Shown piece by piece: positions 31,439 through 38,896 of a stretch of 47,043 nucleotides of DNA. The position numbers and the translations under genes are program-made. Under the pieces are notes generated by a model. That model was not told the origin of the DNA and searched no databases. It saw only the letters and a program-made list of their open reading frames with translations. Every line of letters begins with the position of its first letter. Positions within the stretch are counted from its first letter, which is position 1. The DNA comes from Bacillota bacterium (lineage in GTDB: Bacteria; Bacillota; Clostridia; Christensenellales; CAG-138): positions 1 through 47,043 of the forward strand of contig JAEEYN010000152.1 in assembly GCA_016288175.1 (NCBI GenBank). The letters are read 5' to 3'.

Positions 31439-32338
31439 TCAGGTCATGAATTTCGGTTGGCTGTTCAGATACGTATCGCGAAAATGCTGGACCATTGTCG
31501 CAATAAACTCCGAGTTTGTCGGCTTGCCTTTCGAAGCGTCGACCGTATTCCCGAACAGATAATACTGCATATACGGACTGCTTCTTTCCCATGCGCTCTC
31601 GATCGAATAGCGCACTGCCTTTTCGACAGCGGCAGGAGAGGTTTTGGTGAGCTCGGCCGTGTACCTGTAGAGGGTATTGAGCCTGTTGTCCATTCCGAGC
31701 ACCTGCATATAGATGATGAGCTGCAGATAGCCCGTCCCCTTCTGCTTCGGGTCGAGACCGATAGGTTCGAGCAGTGTTTCGGTAATACCTTTGAGAAGGC
31801 GTTTATCCAGTTTGCCCTCGTTGAAGAAAAGGACGTCGCTGATGTAGCTTCTCATGTTCGAAAGCACTTCCTGCTCTTTTCTCGCAAGGAATTCGGAATA
31901 TGCATCGAACACCCGTTTCGCGCTTTCCTCAACGCTTTGCGAATACTCTATCATTCCGTCGATGCCGCAGCTTTCGCAGATGCCGGCGAGCGAAGCCGTT
32001 GATTTTTCGCAGCAGATAAAATAACGGATATCCATGCAGAACCTGCTCAGGCGCAGTTTCGAGATCAGCGTTATCGGATCGACATCCGGAAGCGTCTGAC
32101 TGATGATCACTGCATCCGGGATCCTCAAAACAAGATGAGGCCAGATCTCCGCACCGAGACGAACCGGCTCGTCGGTATCGAAATACCGGCCGAGCGCCGC
32201 ATTCAGGCAGCGGGCAAATTCTCTCTCCGTTTCGCCGCACGATGACTGCGGGTCCGACTCATGGCCGTCCTCACAGATTATCAGCACATACGGTTTTAGG
32301 CCGAAGTTATGTCCGTTCTTCGCTGCGGTCTTGCTCAT
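31439..32338 (-). CDS. Spo0A-like transcription factor: Spo0A C-terminal DNA-binding domain fused to a degenerate (pseudo-)receiver domain
   Basis: 299 aa. The C-terminal half matches Spo0A_C hallmarks (KGTGYLQ..., SPAAVEKAVRYSIESAW, KGKPTNSEFIATM). The N-terminal half has receiver-like topology, but the phospho-acceptor context reads PDAVIISQTLPDVD (Ser where Asp is expected), and the conserved Thr and Lys positions are also not recognisable. GGGAGG RBS, 21 nt after the htrA stop. Confidence 0.75.
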   Translation of the reverse strand: MSKTAAKNGHNFGLKPYVLIICEDGHESDPQSSCGETEREFARCLNAALGRYFDTDEPVRLGAEIWPHLVLRIPDAVIISQTLPDVDPITLISKLRLSRFCMDIRYFICCEKSTASLAGICESCGIDGMIEYSQSVEESAKRVFDAYSEFLARKEQEVLSNMRSYISDVLFFNEGKLDKRLLKGITETLLEPIGLDPKQKGTGYLQLIIYMQVLGMDNRLNTLYRYTAELTKTSPAAVEKAVRYSIESAWERSSPYMQYYLFGNTVDASKGKPTNSEFIATMVQHFRDTYLNSQPKFMT

Positions 32339-32359
32339 GCGGACCTCCCTAAAGCTAAC

Positions 32360-33763
32360 TCAGTGAACGCCGTTGATGCCGTATTTCGCTCCGCCGTATT
32401 CGTCATTCAGTATTTTGCTGCCGATTTGGTTGAAATCGCCGATCGTGATCTGCACTTCAAGCGTTTCGCCGTCCCGGAATACGCTCATGGTAATAATATC
32501 GCCGATCGATTTTGTGCGGATGTATTCGCCGAGGACATCATTGCTCGTTATCGCAACACCGTCGACAGCCGTGATTATATCGTCTACTTTAAGTCCGCCG
32601 AGATGCGCCGGACCGTTTTCTATTACCGTATAGACGAGCGCACCGGTCGGTATGCTGTAGGTGTTTGCCCTGTCCTCATCGATGTAGATCGTTGAAACGC
32701 CGATACCGGGCCGCTCGATCCCGCCGTCGTTGATGATCTCGCGGGCAACATCCATTGCTGTGCCGATCGGTATCGCAAAGCCTAGGCCTTCCGCATTGAT
32801 CGGGTTGCCGTCTTCGTCATAGCTTGCAATAACGGTTTTTGCCGAATTGACACCTATCACGTTACCGTTCATATCGAACAGCGGACCGCCGCTGTTTCCG
32901 GGGTTGATAGCGGCGTCGATCTGGATATAGGAATTGCGCAGTCCGTCGATCACAACGCTTCTTTCGACAGCGCCGACCATTCCGAATGTTGCGGTAAAGC
33001 TCAGTTCATCGCCGGTCGGGTGACCGATCGTGAATACAAAATCGCCTGTTCTGACTTTCGAAGAGTCACCGACGGTCAAAACGGAAAGCATGTTCGTTTC
33101 TTCGATCTTCAGCACTGCGATATCGGTTTTCTTGTCCGCGCCGATAAGGCTCGCTTCGCACTGATTCTTGTTATAGGCAGTGACCATAAAATGGTCCGCA
33201 TCATTAACGACATGAGCATTCGTGAGGATATAGCCGTTTGCGGAGATGCAGAAACCCGTTCCCGTGCCGACAAGGTTCGACGGACGGACGCTGCCGCTGT
33301 AGCTTTCGATTATCACAACGCCGAGAACATTACGGCTGTAAAGCTCCGGTATCCCTGCGGTTGAGGATGTCGGATCGCCGCCGGAGTTTCCGCCCGGGTT
33401 CGGGGCCTGAGTCGGTAAATCGCTGCCGGCGGGGATGGGCTCGAGAGTCGGCAGAACAGTTGCGGGCGCCTGAGTTGCGGTCTCCTTATCCGTTTGAGCG
33501 GATTTGGAGAAGTAATTACCGTACCGTGCAAGAAAAATCACGCCGGCAACGAGCATTCCGACAAGGAGAAAAGTGATCGCTGTGGTAAGGATTGTTCCGA
33601 CAGCAGGAACATTCTTGTGGATGATCGTTGTTTCGGTGTGCGTACCTCCGCCGTCCTTCCAGATCACGCTTCGCTCCATATCTCCGTCGCCGTTTTTTTC
33701 GAACTTCATGTCCGACAGCAGCTCGGTTTCGTTTTTTCCGTTCTTTTCGTTGAATTCATCCAT
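32360..33763 (-). CDS. htrA: Membrane-anchored HtrA/DegP-family (S1C) serine protease with a C-terminal PDZ domain
   Basis: 467 aa. Has a TM segment (AVGTILTTAITFLLVGMLVAGVIF), a Pro/Thr-rich linker, the catalytic triad contexts TNAHVV, TDIAVLK and GNSGGPL, and a PDZ domain (GALVYTVIENGPAHLGGLKVDDIITAVDG). Confidence 0.9.
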   Translation of the reverse strand: MDEFNEKNGKNETELLSDMKFEKNGDGDMERSVIWKDGGGTHTETTIIHKNVPAVGTILTTAITFLLVGMLVAGVIFLARYGNYFSKSAQTDKETATQAPATVLPTLEPIPAGSDLPTQAPNPGGNSGGDPTSSTAGIPELYSRNVLGVVIIESYSGSVRPSNLVGTGTGFCISANGYILTNAHVVNDADHFMVTAYNKNQCEASLIGADKKTDIAVLKIEETNMLSVLTVGDSSKVRTGDFVFTIGHPTGDELSFTATFGMVGAVERSVVIDGLRNSYIQIDAAINPGNSGGPLFDMNGNVIGVNSAKTVIASYDEDGNPINAEGLGFAIPIGTAMDVAREIINDGGIERPGIGVSTIYIDEDRANTYSIPTGALVYTVIENGPAHLGGLKVDDIITAVDGVAITSNDVLGEYIRTKSIGDIITMSVFRDGETLEVQITIGDFNQIGSKILNDEYGGAKYGINGVH

Positions 33764-33793
33764 TCTTATGCCTCCCGCGAGATATCCCGCTGT

Positions 33794-35260
33794 TTATCCG
33801 TTGATTCTTTTGACCGGTGTCTGTGCCCTCTTCAGGGTAAAAGTGAACCTCGTTTCACGGTCGTCGGAAGAGACATTGATCTCTTCCCCATGCTGATCCA
33901 TGATCAGCTTTACGATCGAAAGACCGAGGCCCGTTCCGGAGCCGGTCGAGTATGTGTGCGCCTTTTCGGCTTTATAGAAGCGGTCAAAAACCTTCGGAAG
34001 ATCATCCGCCGGTATTGCCGCGCCGTTGTCCGTTACGCTTACCCTTGCGGCATGCTTGTCTGCAATCAGCAGCACTCCGAGCCTGCCTCCGCTTTCCGGA
34101 AGGAATTTGATCGCGTTGTCAATGAGGTTATGAAGCACCTGGCCGATCCTGTTTTCATCGGCATCCACAAAAACCGGTGCTCCGGGGAGCTGCGCATTGA
34201 CTTCGATCTTCTTGGCGTTGATCCTGCTTTCATAGGTGATCAAAACTCTGCCGATAAGTTCCGTGATATCGAACACCGTTCTGTTCAGCTTCGACTGACC
34301 GGATTCGATCCTTGCGATATCGAGAAGATCGTTGACCATGCCCGTCATTCGTTTGTTTTCATCGAGAACGATGTTGATGTATTTGCTGTGCTCCTCTTCC
34401 GGAATAATGCCTTCGTCCATCGCCTCGAGGAAACCGCGCATCGACGTCAGCGGCGAGCGCAGTTCGTGTGAAACATTTGCGACGAAGTCACGCCTTGTTT
34501 TCTCAAGTCCGGCAACTTTATCGGCCATTTCGTTGAAGCTCTCGCCGAGCTTTCCAAGCTCGTCCTTCTGTTTCAGGCGTATGCGTTTTTTGTAGTCGCC
34601 GCGGGAAAATGCGTTGACCGTATTCGTCATTATCGTTACGGGTTTGGTGATCCTCCTTGTGATGATATAGGTGATCACCGCAGTGACGACCGTCGCCGCC
34701 AGCGCCGCAGCAAGGATTTCGTTATACAGCTCGCCGAGCATCCTGTAGATATCGTCCATATTGTAATGAAGAACGATGGTCCCGAATGTTTTCCCGTCAT
34801 CGGAGCTGATTGGGCTGCTCAGGGTCATTGTTCTTGAACCGATATAATCCGACAGCACGTCATAATAGAAGGTGTAGCTGCCGCTTTTTTCGCTTCTTGC
34901 GTTCTTTGTGATCTCGTAGAAATCGGTTTCAACGCTGACGCGCCATTTATCGGAAGTCTGGTAATCGAAGAAACTTGCCTTGCCGATCGTTTCATCGTCA
35001 AAATAAAGCTGCAGCAGCGCGTCGAACTGTTTGACGATCGCAAAGATCTTCTCTCGCGCGATCGGCCTTTTGTCGGAGGACATGTATTCGTCTGTCGCGA
35101 TCTGGTTGATCTCCTTGGCTTCGCGGATCAGGTTTTCCTTTGTGACGTTCAGATAATGGTTGCGCGAAATCATGCCGGACACCAGGCCCAGCACTGCGAT
35201 CACCAGTATTTCCGCCGCAAGATAGGAAGCGAGCATCCTTGAAAACAAGGTTTTGAACAT
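33794..35260 (-). CDS. Sensor histidine kinase (two TM segments, HAMP, HisKA, HATPase_c)
   Basis: 488 aa. Has H-box SHELRSPLTS, N-box HNLIDNAIKF, G1 DNGAAI and G2 GTGLGLSIV. An extracytoplasmic loop of about 150 aa lies between the TM helices. Confidence 0.92.
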   Translation of the reverse strand: MFKTLFSRMLASYLAAEILVIAVLGLVSGMISRNHYLNVTKENLIREAKEINQIATDEYMSSDKRPIAREKIFAIVKQFDALLQLYFDDETIGKASFFDYQTSDKWRVSVETDFYEITKNARSEKSGSYTFYYDVLSDYIGSRTMTLSSPISSDDGKTFGTIVLHYNMDDIYRMLGELYNEILAAALAATVVTAVITYIITRRITKPVTIMTNTVNAFSRGDYKKRIRLKQKDELGKLGESFNEMADKVAGLEKTRRDFVANVSHELRSPLTSMRGFLEAMDEGIIPEEEHSKYINIVLDENKRMTGMVNDLLDIARIESGQSKLNRTVFDITELIGRVLITYESRINAKKIEVNAQLPGAPVFVDADENRIGQVLHNLIDNAIKFLPESGGRLGVLLIADKHAARVSVTDNGAAIPADDLPKVFDRFYKAEKAHTYSTGSGTGLGLSIVKLIMDQHGEEINVSSDDRETRFTFTLKRAQTPVKRING

Positions 35261-35276
35261 TCGGGATCCGCCTAAA

Positions 35277-35969
35277 TCAGTCGTTCACAACGAATTTATA
35301 TCCGACGCCCCAAACTGTCAGAATCTGCCAGGATGGGTTTTCACCGAGACGCGTACGCAGGCGTTTGATATGAACGTCGATCGTTCTGCTGTCCTTGCTG
35401 AATTCAAAGCCCCAGACTGCGCTGAGGATCTGGCCTCGGGTCAGCACCTGCTCCTTATGCTGCACAAGGTAGCTCAAAAGTTCAAACTCCTTATGCGGCA
35501 TCGGTTTCGGCTCGCCGTTCACCGTTACGGAATAATTCTCGAGATCGAGGCGAATGTCGCCGGCAGTCAGGAAGCGTTTATCCGAAGCCTCTGCGGACTG
35601 CCCGCCCGCGCGGCGGAAAACGGCACGTATCCTCGCAACCAGTTCCTTGGAATCGAACGGTTTGACGATATAATCATCCGCGCCGAAGTTCAGGCCCTGG
35701 ATCCTGTCGGAAGTGTCGCCCTTTGCAGTGAGCATGATAACGGGAACGGAGCTTATCTGGCGCAGCTTTTCGAGAATCTCCCAGCCGTCCATGCCCGGAA
35801 GCATGACGTCAAGGATCACAAGGTCGGGCTTGCTGTCCTCGAAGGTCGGAAGAGCATTCATGCCGTTTTTGCATGTTACAACATCATAGCCCTTACTACG
35901 CAGATAAAGATTCAGGATCTGACAGATCTTTTCGTCGTCGTCAACAACAAGTATTTTTTCGTTTTCCAT
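35277..35969 (-). CDS. OmpR/PhoB-family response regulator
   Basis: 230 aa. Has a complete receiver (VVDDD, LVILDVMLPGMDG, MLTAK, VKPF) and a winged-helix output domain (RTIDVHIKRLR, VWGVGYKF). Confidence 0.94.
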   Translation of the reverse strand: MENEKILVVDDDEKICQILNLYLRSKGYDVVTCKNGMNALPTFEDSKPDLVILDVMLPGMDGWEILEKLRQISSVPVIMLTAKGDTSDRIQGLNFGADDYIVKPFDSKELVARIRAVFRRAGGQSAEASDKRFLTAGDIRLDLENYSVTVNGEPKPMPHKEFELLSYLVQHKEQVLTRGQILSAVWGFEFSKDSRTIDVHIKRLRTRLGENPSWQILTVWGVGYKFVVND

Positions 35970-36019
35970 TGCAATCCTGCCTTTCTGTTATTCGGCAAAC
36001 ACGGTCTCGGAAATCCCGA

Positions 36020-36475
36020 TCACTTTGATAAAATATCCAGTCCGTTTGCCTTGAGCAAAGCCGCGGCAACACCGTTTCCTTTGCGCTTCGCGCCGGAAAA
36101 ACTCCCGTCATAGATCATTCCGCAGCCGCATGACGGACTGTTGGCTTTCAGAATAACGGTATCCGCGCCGACGGAGCGCGCTGCCTGCAGAGCGCAGTAT
36201 GCGCCTTTGATGAACGCCGAGGTAACGTCAATATCTCCGTCAGGAGTTCTTGCCATTACCTTTGCTTTGCCGGCAAGCACATCCTCCCCGCTCCCGCCGA
36301 TTATTTCCGCGGAAAATCTTGGGATCGGCAGCCCGCCGAGGCACTCCGGGCAGACCGGGAATGCGCGTCCGCGGCTGACGAGTTCCACGACCTCGCCGTT
36401 GGATTGTGATTTGGCGTCGTACCTGCAGGGAATTCCGGCAAGGCAACTTGACACAAGAATCATTTTACCACTCAT
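36020..36475 (-). CDS. DUF523 family protein (2-thiouracil desulfurase-like)
   Basis: 151 aa. The motifs VSSCLAGIPCRYD, PVCPECLGGLP and SPSCG form the Cys pattern typical of DUF523. Confidence 0.8.
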   Translation of the reverse strand: MSGKMILVSSCLAGIPCRYDAKSQSNGEVVELVSRGRAFPVCPECLGGLPIPRFSAEIIGGSGEDVLAGKAKVMARTPDGDIDVTSAFIKGAYCALQAARSVGADTVILKANSPSCGCGMIYDGSFSGAKRKGNGVAAALLKANGLDILSK

Positions 36476-36523
36476 ACTCTGAACATTATGGCGTTTTTCA
36501 GCTTTTGTTTTGAAAGATCCGGC

Positions 36524-38884
36524 TTATTTCAGCGTCACGACAGTAACGCCGTAATCACCCTCGCCGTAGTTTCCGTTGCGGAACGACTTAACGCGCGGAT
36601 GGTTCTTCAGGTATGCCTGAATGCCCGCCCTCAGCGCTCCGGTGCCCTTGCCGTGAATGATGTTGACCTCGCTCAAACCGTTCAGATGAGCATCGCAAAG
36701 GTATTTATCGACGATCGGCATCGCTTCATCGACAAGCTTACCGCGGATATCGAGCTCGAGGCCGACAGTGTTTGCGGGGTTATACTCGACCTTGACGTTC
36801 ACGTTTGCTGCCTGTTTGCCGCCGAGCACTCTGATATCGTTAAGCGGTACCGACATCTTGATTATTCCGATCTGGACCTGAACTTCGCCGTTGCGGTCGG
36901 GCTTCGCGAGAACGGTCGCTTCTTTATCAACGCTTACAACGGTTACTCGGTCCCCGGGGTTGACGGATTTTGGAGGTTTGCCGTTCGCTGTTTTATACTG
37001 GATCTCGTCGAACAGATCGCTTTCGGATTTTCGAAGCGCATCCCTTGTCTGCTGGATCACGCGATCAGCTTCACGCTGATCGATTGATTTGATCGAACGG
37101 ATCTTGACTATCAGCTGTTCCATCTCCCGGCGCGTATCGAGAACGATCTTCTTCGCCTCTTCCCTTGCCTTTTGCCTCAGAACAGCTTTCTCCTGCTCGA
37201 ATTTTTCCTTTTCCGCCTTGAGTTCGTTGACGAGCCTGTCGTGCTCGGCCCTCGCCTGTTCCGCAAGCTCCATCTCTTCCTCCGCGCGCCGCTTCGTTCT
37301 TTCGGCATCGGAAAGGATCGATTCGAAATCGGTATCTTCCTTCTTTATGAAAGCCCTCGCGCTTTCGATAATGCTTTCGGAGATCCCGAGCCTTCTGCTG
37401 ATCTCGAACGCGTTGGATTTTCCGGGGATGCCTATGAACAGGCGGTATGTCGGGCAGAGTTTATCGACGTCGAACTCCATCGAAGCGTTTTCCATTCCGT
37501 CATGCGTCATGGCAAAAGCTTTGATCTCGCTGTAGTGAGTCGTCGCCGCCGTGAACGCGCCGCGGGAATGAAGCTCGTCGAGTATGCTCATTGCGAGCGC
37601 GGCGCCTTCGATCGGATCCGTACCCGCGCCGAGCTCATCGAGAAGAACGAGCGAATTCTCATCCGCATCCTCAAGGATCCCGACGATATTCTTCATATGG
37701 CTCGAGAAAGTCGAAAGCGACTGCTCAATGCTCTGCTCGTCGCCGATGTCGGCAAATACGCTTTCGAAAACAGCGACTTCCGTTCCGACGTTTGCGGGAA
37801 CGAACATTCCCGACTGAGCCATCAACGTGAACAGACCGGCAGTTTTCAGCGTTACGGTTTTACCGCCGGTGTTCGGGCCTGTCACAATCAACGTTCTGAA
37901 ATCGATCCCGAGGCGGATATCGATCGGAACAACGCTGTAGTTTGCGATCAGCGGATGTCTTCCGCGAACGATTTTCAGCCTTCCCTCGCTGTTGATCTCA
38001 GGCTCGACAGCTCTCATTTCCTTCGAGAGTTTGGCTTTTGCAAAGGACAGGTCGATTTTTCCGAGAATGAGCAGGTCCTCGTAAATATCGTTTGCAGAGG
38101 GCTTGATCAATGCGGTAAGCTCGGTCAGGATACGCTCGATCTCGGCCTGCTCTTCGATCACAAGCTTTTTGAACTCGTTTCCGAGTTCCACGACCGCCGT
38201 CGGCTCAACGAAAAGCGTCTGTCCGCTTCCGGACTGATCGTGGATCAGACCGGGGATCTGCTGGCGATACTCCTGCTTTACGGGAACGACGAACCTTCCG
38301 TTGCGGATCGTTATCAGAGGATCCTGCAGATATTTCGAATAGGTCTGTGAACGGATGATGGAGTTCAGCTTTTCGCGGACTTTTTCGTTTGCGATCCGCT
38401 TTTCACGGCGGATCCTTGCAAGCGCCGGCGAAGCGCCGTCAAAAAGATCGTCTTCATTTAGTATGCAGCGGTTGATCTCGTCCTCGAGATACTTATGCAT
38501 TATCAATCCCGAAGCGAGGTTGGCGATCGCGCCGACGTCTCCGTTCTCCATTGATGAGGGCACAAGCTGCTCTCGAGCGATGCGGATCGCGCGAAGGCAT
38601 TTGCCGATGTTGAGAAGCTCTTCGCAGTTCAGGAAGAGCACGGCGTTTAGTCTTTTCAGCGCGGAGCGCATATCCGGGAAATCGTCGACAGGAGAATACC
38701 CGGTCCTGAGAAAATAGGTTTCGGCTTCCCTTGTCAGCAGCAGATCCGCACGCACATCGTCAAGCTCCGTCTGCGGCACGAGTTCTTCGGAAAGTTCCCT
38801 GCTCACACAGCAGCCGCAGTGCAGCTTCAGCTTCGCAAGGATCTTATCGTATTCAAGTGTTTTCAATACTTTCTTTGCAATCAT
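36524..38884 (-). CDS. mutS2: Endonuclease MutS2 (MutS-II ATPase with a C-terminal Smr domain)
   Basis: 786 aa. Has Walker A GPNTGGKT, DELGAGTDP, a long coiled coil, and an Smr domain (LDIRGKLVDEA...IIHGKGTGALR). Confidence 0.95.
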   Translation of the reverse strand: MIAKKVLKTLEYDKILAKLKLHCGCCVSRELSEELVPQTELDDVRADLLLTREAETYFLRTGYSPVDDFPDMRSALKRLNAVLFLNCEELLNIGKCLRAIRIAREQLVPSSMENGDVGAIANLASGLIMHKYLEDEINRCILNEDDLFDGASPALARIRREKRIANEKVREKLNSIIRSQTYSKYLQDPLITIRNGRFVVPVKQEYRQQIPGLIHDQSGSGQTLFVEPTAVVELGNEFKKLVIEEQAEIERILTELTALIKPSANDIYEDLLILGKIDLSFAKAKLSKEMRAVEPEINSEGRLKIVRGRHPLIANYSVVPIDIRLGIDFRTLIVTGPNTGGKTVTLKTAGLFTLMAQSGMFVPANVGTEVAVFESVFADIGDEQSIEQSLSTFSSHMKNIVGILEDADENSLVLLDELGAGTDPIEGAALAMSILDELHSRGAFTAATTHYSEIKAFAMTHDGMENASMEFDVDKLCPTYRLFIGIPGKSNAFEISRRLGISESIIESARAFIKKEDTDFESILSDAERTKRRAEEEMELAEQARAEHDRLVNELKAEKEKFEQEKAVLRQKAREEAKKIVLDTRREMEQLIVKIRSIKSIDQREADRVIQQTRDALRKSESDLFDEIQYKTANGKPPKSVNPGDRVTVVSVDKEATVLAKPDRNGEVQVQIGIIKMSVPLNDIRVLGGKQAANVNVKVEYNPANTVGLELDIRGKLVDEAMPIVDKYLCDAHLNGLSEVNIIHGKGTGALRAGIQAYLKNHPRVKSFRNGNYGEGDYGVTVVTLK

Positions 38885-38896
38885 TGTTTATCCACC

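Noticed and set aside
32360-33763. The PDZ serine protease upstream of the Spo0A-like gene might be SpoIVB.
   Set aside because: The domain order (protease then PDZ) and the motifs TNAHVV / DIAVLK / GNSGGP are HtrA/S1C. SpoIVB is S55 with the PDZ N-terminal to the protease domain.
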